From the NCBI GenBank assembly GCA_965230905.1, contig OZ246396.1, positions 780,001 to 812,000 on the forward strand: a stretch of 32,000 nucleotides of DNA, given 5' to 3'. Position 1 is the stretch's first letter. Each line of letters begins with the position of its first letter. The translations under genes were made by a program, and so were the position numbers. The notes beneath the pieces are model-generated. The model ran no database searches, had not been told where the DNA came from, and saw only the letters and a program-made list of their open reading frames with translations. Origin of the DNA: Candidatus Saccharimonadota bacterium (lineage in GTDB: Bacteria; Patescibacteriota; Gracilibacteria; UBA1369; 2-02-FULL-48-14). This document shows, in pieces, positions 7,581 to 15,901 of this stretch.

Positions 7581-8245
7581 CAATCGCTGTTTCCGCAGCC
7601 ACAGGCGTCACCTTCCTTTTTAGTTTCGTTGCGACCACAACCACAACCGCCACCTCCGCTAGAGCAACCGCATCCGCCGGATTTTTTGGCCGTACTCGTA
7701 GAGAAATTGGGGTTGCTGATTTTGAAACCACTGCCGTAGGCGCTTTCTAAAAAGTCCACTTCGGCGCCGCCCAAGTTGGCCAGCGATTCCGGGTCCAGAT
7801 AAATCTCTACGCCGTGGAACTCAAAAGTCTTATCGTCCGCGGCGCCTTTTTCTGCAAAATCCATGGCGTAGGCGGGTTCGTTGCCACCGTTATCATTTGC
7901 GGTGATGCGAAGTCCGTAGCCTTCTTTATCTTCTGCTTTGGCGAATTCTTTTATTTTGATCGCGGCGTTTTCGGTCACATAAATGCCATCGTCCGGCGCT
8001 CGTTTGCGCGCGGCCGCGAGTTCGTTGATGCGTCCGATCATTTCATCTACCACGGCTTCTTCGATCCCGTGTGACATCGCACCCATTTTGAGCGGCTCGA
8101 ACACGTTTACGCTGCAGCTGGTGCAGTGCAGCCCAAAATCCTGCATGATTTGTGCAGAATCGGGCAGACGGTTCAGTACATCGCCGATCAACATGTCGCC
8201 GTTAATCAACGGTTGTTTCGCTGTTGAGTTCTGTGTTTGTGACAT
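7577..8245 (-). CDS. DUF1858 (redox-disulfide-type) domain fused to a HesB/IscA-like Fe-S carrier domain, with a Cys-Gly-rich tail
   Basis: The N-terminus GDMLIGDVLNRLPDSAQIMQDFGLHCTSCS is DUF1858-like. IYVTENAAIKIKEF...GLRI...GFKISNPN is HesB/IscA-like. The tail reads GGCGCSSGGGGCGCG...CGCGNSDC. The start was trimmed to ATG 8245 because homology begins there. Confidence 0.8.
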   Translation of the reverse strand: MSQTQNSTAKQPLINGDMLIGDVLNRLPDSAQIMQDFGLHCTSCSVNVFEPLKMGAMSHGIEEAVVDEMIGRINELAAARKRAPDDGIYVTENAAIKIKEFAKAEDKEGYGLRITANDNGGNEPAYAMDFAEKGAADDKTFEFHGVEIYLDPESLANLGGAEVDFLESAYGSGFKISNPNFSTSTAKKSGGCGCSSGGGGCGCGRNETKKEGDACGCGNSDC

Positions 8246-8351
8246 CGCTTGAATTAGAGGATCCCAATTGTAGCAGAAGAGGCGCAAGGGAGCCAGCCAG
8301 GAGTCCAATAATCATAATTACCGCGAAAATTTGAAAGATGCGTTTTTTCAT
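8202..8351 (-). CDS. possible small membrane protein (49 aa), not in the ORF track
   Basis: The ATG at 8351 lies 12 nt after the upstream stop. The product is MKKRIFQIFAVIMIIGLLAGSLAPLLLQLGSS..., with one clear TM helix. It overlaps the next gene's start by 44 nt in another frame. Confidence 0.25.
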   Translation of the reverse strand: MKKRIFQIFAVIMIIGLLAGSLAPLLLQLGSSNSSDVTNTELNSETTVD

Positions 8352-8363
8352 TGGGTTCGCTTG

Positions 8364-8732
8364 TTAGAGAACTTGAGTATCGATATAAACGAGTGCGAGC
8401 GCCACGAGCATGGCAGCAAAACCGGCAATGGGCATGCGCGTCTCGGTGAGCATTCGCACTTTCCATTTGGTCACGCTAGGAATCAGGCAAGCCACTCCTT
8501 TGATTCCAATGAGTACACCCATCCAAGAAAGCAGGCTTTCCCAATCCCAGCTGAAGCTCATTTCGGAGCTGATGAAGACCAGCAGGGCCAGCATCAAGGT
8601 CATAATGCCGCTGAAGAATTGCAATCCCATGGAATCGTCCCAATCTTTGAGCACGCGGCGCATCCCAGAGGGGTCGAGCACCATCTTAAAAGCGATCGGC
8701 AAGATCAATATGGCGAGGAGGGTGAGAGACAT
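8364..8732 (-). CDS. hypothetical integral membrane protein (122 aa, about 4 TM)
   Basis: ATG ORF 24 nt downstream of queA, with hydrophobic helices throughout. No family recognised. Confidence 0.7.
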   Translation of the reverse strand: MSLTLLAILILPIAFKMVLDPSGMRRVLKDWDDSMGLQFFSGIMTLMLALLVFISSEMSFSWDWESLLSWMGVLIGIKGVACLIPSVTKWKVRMLTETRMPIAGFAAMLVALALVYIDTQVL

Positions 8733-8756
8733 GGGGCGTGGTTAGATGGGTCTATT

Positions 8757-9794
8757 TTACAGAATCAACATCGAATCCCCAAATGAATAAAATCGAAAGT
8801 CGTTTTGTATGGCGATTTCGTACAAGTCTTTTAGATGACGCTTCGCATGCTTGTGCTGTAAAAAAGCCTCTACCAGCATCATGAGGGAGGAGTTGGGGAG
8901 GTGGAAATTGGTGAGGAGCTGATCGACGAGCTGGAAATCGAAAGGTGGAAGGATGAAAAGATTGGTCGTGCCACTATGCCCACGAGCTAAAGATTCCAGA
9001 GTGCGAGTTGATGTGGTGCCCACGGCGGTGCAGCGTTTGCCGGCGGCTTTGAGTTCGTGTATGCGGGCGACAGTTTTGGGAGGCAGGTCGATGTGTTCCT
9101 CGTACAGCGTGCGGCTTTCCATGTGTTCGGGGAGCACGGGCGCAAAGGTGCCCAGGCCTACGTGCAAAGTTATGAAAAGGCGCTCGATGCCGGCGGCGTC
9201 TAGGTCGCGGAAGACGCGGTCGGTGAAGTGCAGCGAAGCGGTGGGCGCGGCCACGGAGCCGGGATTTTTGGCGAAAATAGTTTGGTATTTTTCACGGAGT
9301 TCCGCCTCGCTGAGGCCGGCGTGCTGAATGTAGTGGGGAATGGGTGTTTGCCCGATTTCCAGGAGTAGTGCGGGCAGGGTATGGAGGTCGAAATTCGCGC
9401 GAAAGGTGAAGGCCTTTTGGGTTTCTTCAATCACGGTGAGGGTATGCAGCGGCGTGAGTTGAAGGGTTTGACCGTTGCGGAGACGCTTGTTGGCGGTGCC
9501 CTTAACCGTGCCACCTCCGATGACGGTGCCACCTTCGTAGTCCACTTCGCTGGGCAGAATCATCATTTCCAGGGTTTCGCCGTCGCGAGTTGCTCGCACG
9601 CGGGCGGGGAGCACCTTGGTTTCGTTCATCACCAAAAAAGAGTCGGATGGCAGGTACCGCGCCAGGTTTGCGAACGTGTCAAAAAGCAGCTCGTCGGTTT
9701 GAGTTTTATAAATCAGCAACTTCGAGGCGTCGCGCGGTTCACTCGGATGAGTGGCGATGCGATCAGTCGGGAGCAGGTAAGAGTAAAGATCCAT
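8757..9794 (-). CDS. queA: S-adenosylmethionine:tRNA ribosyltransferase-isomerase
   Basis: QueA hallmarks: DLYSYLLP..IA..P..PRDASKLL, AVGTTSTRTLES, NFHLPNSSLMMLVEAF. The track start at 9797 is TTG. The ATG at 9794 overlaps the upstream TGA (TGATG). Confidence 0.93.
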   Translation of the reverse strand: MDLYSYLLPTDRIATHPSEPRDASKLLIYKTQTDELLFDTFANLARYLPSDSFLVMNETKVLPARVRATRDGETLEMMILPSEVDYEGGTVIGGGTVKGTANKRLRNGQTLQLTPLHTLTVIEETQKAFTFRANFDLHTLPALLLEIGQTPIPHYIQHAGLSEAELREKYQTIFAKNPGSVAAPTASLHFTDRVFRDLDAAGIERLFITLHVGLGTFAPVLPEHMESRTLYEEHIDLPPKTVARIHELKAAGKRCTAVGTTSTRTLESLARGHSGTTNLFILPPFDFQLVDQLLTNFHLPNSSLMMLVEAFLQHKHAKRHLKDLYEIAIQNDFRFYSFGDSMLIL

Positions 9795-10093
9795 CAAGCT
9801 TTTACGAGCTCGCGGGCTTCCACTAGGCCTTCGGTGAATTCTTCCATCTCACTTTCGAGAGCGGAAAGGATTTCGTCGTAACCTTCCTCGTCGGATTGTT
9901 CGAGTTCGTCCATGGTGAGATGCATGTTCTCGAGTGACATGCGCAGATCGTGCAGCGCTTCACTGTCCTCGTCGTCCCCATCGTTTTCGTCGTTGTCGTA
10001 GAGATTGTCGAATTCCTCCTGAAGTTCATCCAGCTCTTCGGACCATTCCTCGAGTTTTTCCTTTAGGCTTTCAATAGTTTCGGTGCGGTTCAT
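9794..10093 (-). CDS. hypothetical highly acidic coiled-coil protein (99 aa)
   Basis: ATG ORF translationally coupled to queA. It is rich in Asp and Glu by eye. No family recognised. Confidence 0.6.
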   Translation of the reverse strand: MNRTETIESLKEKLEEWSEELDELQEEFDNLYDNDENDGDDEDSEALHDLRMSLENMHLTMDELEQSDEEGYDEILSALESEMEEFTEGLVEARELVKA

Positions 10094-10129
10094 AGAATCG
10101 GAGTTAATTTTTTGGAGAGCAGATGTGAC

Positions 10130-11377
10130 TTACGTCACCTTCTTGTCTAGCAAACCCTTTGGGTTCGCCTGGCGGAAGGATATCATAAACGCCGCCCATG
10201 CCAAGAGAATTATTACTGCACCTGTTAAAATGGCTAAATTCTCATTGATGCTCACTAAAAAGCCGGCGACGAGTGAGGGAATTGCCTGGCCCAAAGCACG
10301 CAATGATTGTGTAACTCCCATGGCTTCGCCTTGCTCGGTGGGTTTGGCGGTTTGGGAAACTACGGCCGTGGAGTTGGGAAAAGTGAGTCCTTCAAAAATC
10401 GCGACAAAGGGTTGGCTGAGGTAGAGCAGGGCTGTGCTGGGCACAAAAGGAACTATGAAAAGAATGGCTGAAAGTAGGAAGAGCGACTTGCGCAGGGTTT
10501 GTACCGGGTTTAGGTAACGAGCGGTGATGCGGGTGAAGAGCCCTTGGCTGAGCGCGATCCAAATTCCCACGAAACCAAAGAGCAGCCCTATTTGCGTGGG
10601 TGACATGGCGAATTTTTGTACCAGGAAAACCGGCATGAACTGCGTATAAAAAGCGAACCCGAGGGCGTGGAGGAAAACCACCAGAAAGATGGTTCGCAGA
10701 GCCGGCATTTTGAAGGATTTGGCGATGTGCTCAAAGCCCATGAACGGGTGAACGCGTTGGTGGGTCGCCTGTTTGAGGGTTTCTTTAAAGGAGAAGGTGA
10801 GGAGGGCTAGGCTGAGGCAAGAGAGCAGGGCCGCAAAGAGGAAAGGCACGGCTGGGCCGAACCAGGAAACGAGGTCTGGGTTGGCGAGTAGGCCGCCGAG
10901 GGTGGGGCCGATGACAAAGCCGAAGCCAAAGGCCATTCCAATGAGCCCAAAGTTTTTGGCGCGGTTTTCGTTGGTGCTCATGTCTGCAATTGCGGAGTTG
11001 GCCACGCCGATGTTCCCACCGGTGAACCCGTCCAGCGCGCGACTGAAAAAGAGCAGCCAAAGCTGGGAAGTGAAGAGGGCGTAGGCAAAGAGCAGGTAGC
11101 CGATGAGGGTTCCAATGAGCGAGAGGATGAGCATTCTTTTGCGTCCGTAGCGGTCTGATAGTGTGCCGAGAATGGGCGCGCCAAAGAACTGAGCGAGCGG
11201 GTAGGTGGCCACGAGCACGCCGAGCACGATATTGCGGGTGGCTTCGGTCCACAGGGTTGGTACCAGGTCACCGCCGGGTGCCAGCATCAGCGGCGCGAGC
11301 ACGGGAATCATGATTCCAATCCCAATGAGGTCCAGGAAAACGATGAGGAAGAGCGTGAGAAGATTGCTTTTTTTCAT
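10130..11377 (-). CDS. MFS transporter (drug:H+ antiporter/Tet-like subfamily)
   Basis: About 12 TM helices and MFS motif A GTLSDRYGRKRML. The start was trimmed to ATG 11377 (MKKSNLLTLFLIVFLD...). Confidence 0.9.
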   Translation of the reverse strand: MKKSNLLTLFLIVFLDLIGIGIMIPVLAPLMLAPGGDLVPTLWTEATRNIVLGVLVATYPLAQFFGAPILGTLSDRYGRKRMLILSLIGTLIGYLLFAYALFTSQLWLLFFSRALDGFTGGNIGVANSAIADMSTNENRAKNFGLIGMAFGFGFVIGPTLGGLLANPDLVSWFGPAVPFLFAALLSCLSLALLTFSFKETLKQATHQRVHPFMGFEHIAKSFKMPALRTIFLVVFLHALGFAFYTQFMPVFLVQKFAMSPTQIGLLFGFVGIWIALSQGLFTRITARYLNPVQTLRKSLFLLSAILFIVPFVPSTALLYLSQPFVAIFEGLTFPNSTAVVSQTAKPTEQGEAMGVTQSLRALGQAIPSLVAGFLVSINENLAILTGAVIILLAWAAFMISFRQANPKGLLDKKVT

Positions 11378-11422
11378 GGCCCGTGAAGAATAGTGGGCGT
11401 AGTATAAGTTTTTTTTACTCTC

Positions 11423-12097
11423 ATGGCGAGGCGGAAACTCAAACATTTCGATGAGATGAAGGCGATGGCGCACGTGTTTGAACCCACGCTGGCTTGGCAG
11501 AAGGGCGAGCCGCTCCAGTTGAAGGGAAGCTGGGCGCTTGATGGAGGGCGCATAATTTTAGAATTGGCCTGTGGCGGTGGCGATTACACCGTTGGCCTGG
11601 CGCAGCGGTTCTCAGATGCGACGATAGTAGGAGTGGATATTAAGGGAAGTCGCATGTGGTTTGGAGCTCGCAAGGCTGTGGAACTTGGTTTGCCCAACGC
11701 AAAATTTCTGCGCACAAAGATTGAACGCTTGGCGGACAGTTTTGAGGAAGGCGAAGTGGATGAGATTTGGATCACCTTTCCGAATCCACATCCCACGGAA
11801 GGCAATGCCAAGCGCCGGCTCACGTCTCCACGATTTTTAAAAATGTATAAAAAACTCTTAAAGCCAGGTGGCCTGGTGCATTTAAAGACGGACGACGCGG
11901 GTTTGTATGCCTACACTTTGGAAACCCTGCCCGCGGAGGGCTTCACTGTGGAAGTGGCTTTGGATGATGTGTACGGAGCTGCTGAGCGTGGGGAGGCGGT
12001 GGATGCGATTCTAACGGAAGTGCAGACGCAGTATGAAAAACGCTACTTGAAGCTGGGGAAGGCGATTAAGTATGTGAGGGCTAAACTCTTTACCTAA
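11423..12097 (+). CDS. trmB: tRNA (guanine46-N7)-methyltransferase
   Basis: SAM-binding LELACGGGDYTVGLA, VGVDIKG and IWITFPNPHP blocks typical of TrmB. Confidence 0.9.
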   Translation: MARRKLKHFDEMKAMAHVFEPTLAWQKGEPLQLKGSWALDGGRIILELACGGGDYTVGLAQRFSDATIVGVDIKGSRMWFGARKAVELGLPNAKFLRTKIERLADSFEEGEVDEIWITFPNPHPTEGNAKRRLTSPRFLKMYKKLLKPGGLVHLKTDDAGLYAYTLETLPAEGFTVEVALDDVYGAAERGEAVDAILTEVQTQYEKRYLKLGKAIKYVRAKLFT

Positions 12098-12139
12098 ACC
12101 TAAAAATATGTTAAAATATAAGGATTTAAATAAAAACAA

Positions 12140-12805
12140 ATGTTTACGCCGGAAGCTTTCATCTTTGGTTTCACACAGGGATTCGTGATTGGTCCGCTGA
12201 GTTTGTACGCTATTCGTGAAGGTTTGAATCCTAAAAAGGGATTTTGGTATCAGCTTCAGGTTATTTTAGGGTCTTTTGTGGTGGACCTATTTTACTTGTC
12301 ATTGGCTACGTACGGGATTGCTCAATTCGTTGAAATCAGTTGGGTGAAAATGTTTATGTGGAGCGGAGCGGCTTATATGCTCATTCGTATGGGAATCAAC
12401 AGTTTGCGTGAAATGCCCGGACGCATGACCTTTCACCATGCGCATCGACATAAATTGGCTTTCTTCGACACGGACTTCTTTAAAGGCTTCATTGTCAGTC
12501 TGTTCAACCCGATGGCGGTGGTTTTCTGTGTGATGATTGTGGGAAGTTTGTATGCCAGTTATGAAGGGGACGCCAGTCCCGCAAGCTTCGCCATGAGTGT
12601 GAACATGGGAGGTTTTGCCGCTGGACTCATTGTGTGTGCGCTCACGTTTATGATTCGCCAAGTTTTCCATCCTTGGATGCTTAAAAAGGTCATGATGCTG
12701 GGCTCATTTGTGCTCATTGGCTACGGAGTCTACTTCTCTTATAAGGCTCTTTTGGAAGGAGGCCCCATGGTGCAGGCGGCGTTCACTTCCCTTTTGAATC
12801 TTTAG
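12140..12805 (+). CDS. LysE/RhtB-type amino-acid exporter family membrane protein
   Basis: 221 aa with about 6 TM helices. The N-terminal FGFTQGFVIGPLSLYAIREGL...LGSFVVDLFY pattern resembles LysE-family translocators. Confidence 0.65.
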   Translation: MFTPEAFIFGFTQGFVIGPLSLYAIREGLNPKKGFWYQLQVILGSFVVDLFYLSLATYGIAQFVEISWVKMFMWSGAAYMLIRMGINSLREMPGRMTFHHAHRHKLAFFDTDFFKGFIVSLFNPMAVVFCVMIVGSLYASYEGDASPASFAMSVNMGGFAAGLIVCALTFMIRQVFHPWMLKKVMMLGSFVLIGYGVYFSYKALLEGGPMVQAAFTSLLNL

Positions 12806-13637
12806 TAGAGGCAAAATAGTCCTGTATGTACTGCTGGTACGCGGCCATCAGTTGTTTGGTGAGTGTGCCAGGTTTCCCTTTGCCAACTTTTTTTCCGTTG
12901 AGGCGAGTAACGGGAATCACTTCGCGCGGACGGTTGGTGAGGAAAATCTCATCGGCCGACTTCAAGGTGGCAAGTTTGAAGTTTTTTTGAATCACGCGGA
13001 TGCCCAGTTTTTTGGCCAAAATCATAACGCGTTTTCGGGTGAGCCCGGGCAGCATGCCACTTTTTGGCGTGATGAGTTTACCATTCTTCACGATCATGAG
13101 ATTGGTGGAGGCGCCTTCAGGAATGTTTCCATTATTGCTCACCATCAGAGCTTCATAGATACCTTTTGGGAACAGGTCTTTGTAGGCCACGACCATGTGT
13201 GTGAGGCCCACGGTCTTAATTTGGGGGAGTACGCGGTGGAGTTTCATGGTCACTACCGAAACGCCTTCGCTGTAATCTTTGGGATTGAGCACCAGCGGTT
13301 CGCAGGTCACCACGGCCATGGGGTCTTTGGTACAGGTGAAATCGAAGGTGTTGCAGCCTCGGGAAACCGTGATGCGAACGCGGGCGGATTTGGCTTTGTT
13401 GCGGTCCGCGGTGCCTTGAATCCAGTTGCGCAGCTGCTTTTCGGTCCACGGCAGTTCGATGTTCATCACCTGCGCGGAATGGAAGAGACGTTTGAGGTGC
13501 AGTTCCAGTTCAAGCACTTGGCCATGGTAGGTGCGCATGGTGTCGTAAAAGCCGTCGCCGTACAAAAAAGCGTTGTCCAAAACCGAGATTTTGGCCTTTT
13601 TTTCGTCCATCCACTTTCCGTTGATGCAAATAATCAT
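12783..13637 (-). CDS. fold-type IV PLP aminotransferase (D-amino-acid/branched-chain aminotransferase or ADC lyase class)
   Basis: Class IV blocks: VLDNAFLYGDGFYDTMRTY, LHLKRL, IKTVGL (putative PLP Lys), EGASTNLMIVKNGKLITP, LPGLTRK. Substrate class cannot be decided by eye. Confidence 0.85.
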   Translation of the reverse strand: MIICINGKWMDEKKAKISVLDNAFLYGDGFYDTMRTYHGQVLELELHLKRLFHSAQVMNIELPWTEKQLRNWIQGTADRNKAKSARVRITVSRGCNTFDFTCTKDPMAVVTCEPLVLNPKDYSEGVSVVTMKLHRVLPQIKTVGLTHMVVAYKDLFPKGIYEALMVSNNGNIPEGASTNLMIVKNGKLITPKSGMLPGLTRKRVMILAKKLGIRVIQKNFKLATLKSADEIFLTNRPREVIPVTRLNGKKVGKGKPGTLTKQLMAAYQQYIQDYFASTKDSKGK

Positions 13638-15040
13638 GTGGTTTCGTTACAAAGCAGAGTATAGATAATTGGCCAGTTGCTTTCAAAGGCATTCGCCAGC
13701 GTGATCTTCCCCAGGGCTTCCTGAGCTTCCGCCAGGGTTTTGCCCGTGCCGTGGAGCAGGAGGTCCAGATTCAGGGCGGGGCGGTCTGTTTCCAAAAAGA
13801 GAGTGTTGAGTCCGTAGTTGTATAAAGTGCTGTTGGCTTGGCAGGGCTCGGCATCCGCGCCGGCGCGGTTGTAGACTTCCTTCATTGCGTGTAGGTAGTG
13901 CATTTGGTTGAAGCCACCCAGGCAGTTGAAGCCGTAATACAGGTGAACCACCGTGTAAATGAGCAGCAGGTTGGGCATCAGCGCTTTCTCGCGCAAAGCC
14001 TGTGCCACCGCCTCGGGGGTGAAGGGCAAGCTGAAGCGGCCGTCTTCGGTGCAGAGTTGGCCGTCTTTACGTTGAAGTTTAGTTCGAGTGTTTTTTTCTG
14101 GATTCACCCACCAGAACAGGTGAGTCGCCAAATTTCCTTGGCGCAGGAATTCCTCCATGGCCGCCGTGAGGGCATCCAAGAGCGTGGCGTGGTTTGGGTC
14201 AAAGATCAGTTTGTGGATGAGGCTAGCGCTCTGCAGGTGATTTTCCAGAAGCAGTTCCGTCACCAGGGTTTCCAATTCCACGTAAATCAGGCTTTTGGCC
14301 TGGGGCTCGTTTTTGAAGATTTTTTGCCAGAGTTCGGCGTTGATTTGGGTGAACTGGTCGCACAGAGAAGGCGCTGAAAGGATTTCTGGCTTTTTATAGA
14401 TTTCCGTGAGCACGGCAAAAAGTTGGTCGGCCTCGGCGGTGCTGACCTCACCATTCCGCAGTTTTTCACGCAGGGCTTTTTCAATTTTCACGATTTCTTC
14501 CAGGTTGTACGGCCTAAAACCATAGACCAGGCTGCTGTGGCTGTTGCTCGGTAAAATGGAGAGCTTTTGAAGTTCGTAGGAGTCATTTTTGGCTGAGTGG
14601 AACAGAAGGCCGCGGGGATAGTCTTCGTTGTTGAGGGAAACGCTGGAACAGCTTAGGACGACCACGTTTTTGAGGACTGGATCGTTGAGTTCAGCGGCTG
14701 CGGTGGCCAGCATCAGGTTGGCGCTGGTGGGCAGGCTGGAGTTGAGGGTTCCGTGGTGGTCGGCGCTGGAGGCGCCGTAGTAGGCGTTTAATTGGACTGC
14801 CACCTCGTCGGCTTTGGCGGTGCCTAGGCGGCTGGCCACAATTTTATTAAAGCTACGTAAAAACTCCTCCTGGCGCTCCGGAGAGGCGGCGGGCAGGTTT
14901 TTCAGGTTGGCGATGGCAAAGTCCTTTAAAGACAGGTTCCCGTATTTCTCTATCAACTCTTTAAGCAGAGGGCGTTTCTCAAAGATGAATGCCTTCTGTT
15001 CAGCTGAGGTCGTACCGGCTTGAGTTTGCAGAAAAAACAT
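13634..15040 (-). CDS. unknown-family protein, copy A (468 aa), paralog of 17964-19499
   Basis: ATG ORF whose stop overlaps the aminotransferase start by 4 nt. It shares blocks with copy B: YYxxSxADHxG, DPxxxNVxVLxC, (Y/F)PRGL(L/F)FH, P(N/S)LLL, CLGGFNQxxYL. No family recognised. Confidence 0.8.
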   Translation of the reverse strand: MFFLQTQAGTTSAEQKAFIFEKRPLLKELIEKYGNLSLKDFAIANLKNLPAASPERQEEFLRSFNKIVASRLGTAKADEVAVQLNAYYGASSADHHGTLNSSLPTSANLMLATAAAELNDPVLKNVVVLSCSSVSLNNEDYPRGLLFHSAKNDSYELQKLSILPSNSHSSLVYGFRPYNLEEIVKIEKALREKLRNGEVSTAEADQLFAVLTEIYKKPEILSAPSLCDQFTQINAELWQKIFKNEPQAKSLIYVELETLVTELLLENHLQSASLIHKLIFDPNHATLLDALTAAMEEFLRQGNLATHLFWWVNPEKNTRTKLQRKDGQLCTEDGRFSLPFTPEAVAQALREKALMPNLLLIYTVVHLYYGFNCLGGFNQMHYLHAMKEVYNRAGADAEPCQANSTLYNYGLNTLFLETDRPALNLDLLLHGTGKTLAEAQEALGKITLANAFESNWPIIYTLLCNETT

Positions 15041-15078
15041 AGATGCTCAGTCATTATAACAGGTTTGGCTGGGCCTTG

Positions 15079-15831
15079 CTATGCTTTGTCGAAGTGTTGC
15101 CAGTCGCTTTCGCCTTCCCAGTCGCCGCCCCATCCCCATCCGTTGGCTTTAAAAGTACTCACCACGCTATCTCCTTCCACCAGCACGCCCGGCTTACCAG
15201 CTTCATAAACGGCTCCTTCAGGAACAATCGTACCGTCTTTGCGATAGTGAGGGTTCAGCAGGGGATTGATGTCCACCGCGCGGCCCTTTGCGTGTAGTGA
15301 CATGATAGTGGTGCCTGCGATAGTGCGGTAATTGAAGCCGGAGCTGTTGTCGGCGAGCATGGAGGCGTCGTCGTCCCATCCAAACTGGGAAACCGGGATG
15401 GCGGATCGAATGGGGAATTTCGCTTTAAAAGCAGCTGCAAAGACCGCTTCCACCTCCTCTGCCAGCTCCTCGTCCACCACCATTTGGCCTTTATGGGTCA
15501 GGCCATCGAAGCCCATGTAATACACGTCCAAAAGCGTTTGTTTGGCGAGGAGATCTTCGGGGCAATCGTCTCGAAGGCCGTTTACCACGCCTTCTACATA
15601 GGAGAGTTCGGCGTCTACCACGGCGTCGGTGGGGGCTTCTTCTAGGCCATAGTGTGCCAGCTTAGCGGGCCGGGATTGCAGTTTTCCCTCGGCCTTCATC
15701 TGCAATAAACAGGTGATTTTACTACGAAGAGCCGCCACCTCTGCGGTGACGGGCTCTTGTAAAACATTTTCTAGGGTGCTGAGTTCGGCAGCTCGTTGGT
15801 ACTCGGTTCTGCCGGGGGCGTGCTCGATCAT
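15079..15831 (-). CDS. M15-family zinc D-Ala-D-Ala carboxypeptidase/dipeptidase-like peptidase (VanY/LdcB-like)
   Basis: SLHAKGRAVDINP (SxHxxGxAxD) and GWGWGGDW...DWQHFD motifs. No signal peptide. Confidence 0.8.
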   Translation of the reverse strand: MIEHAPGRTEYQRAAELSTLENVLQEPVTAEVAALRSKITCLLQMKAEGKLQSRPAKLAHYGLEEAPTDAVVDAELSYVEGVVNGLRDDCPEDLLAKQTLLDVYYMGFDGLTHKGQMVVDEELAEEVEAVFAAAFKAKFPIRSAIPVSQFGWDDDASMLADNSSGFNYRTIAGTTIMSLHAKGRAVDINPLLNPHYRKDGTIVPEGAVYEAGKPGVLVEGDSVVSTFKANGWGWGGDWEGESDWQHFDKA

Positions 15832-15860
15832 TTGACAAGTTAGTAATTATGTTCTATAGT
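15832..15860 (+). promoter_or_regulatory. predicted sigma70-type promoter for the tandem M14-like genes
   Basis: TTGACA (15832-15837), a 17-nt spacer, then TATAGT (15855-15860). The ATG is at 15892. Confidence 0.55.
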
Positions 15861-15872
15861 CCTAAGCTAGAC

Positions 15873-15901
15873 ACTATAACCCCTAGATTAAATGGAAGCA
15901 A
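15873..15901 (-). promoter_or_regulatory. predicted sigma70-type promoter for the M15/copy-A/aminotransferase operon
   Basis: Minus strand TTGCTT (15901-15896), a 17-nt spacer, then TATAGT (15878-15873). This mirrors the plus-strand promoter. Confidence 0.4.

Noticed and set aside
11378-11473. N-terminal extensions in the ORF track (also 8246-8308, 19500-19604, 20674-20754, 22050-22103, 23344-23358, 28015-28068, 29963-29977)
   Set aside because: Where checked, these track starts are TTG or GTG rather than ATG. The extensions overlap neighbouring genes or promoters, and family similarity or the TM/signal region begins at a downstream start.
12852-13664. 270-aa plus-strand ORF antisense to the class IV aminotransferase
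   Set aside because: Same reverse-frame artefact, with an odd composition (H/G/F/V-rich). The minus-strand gene has clear family motifs.
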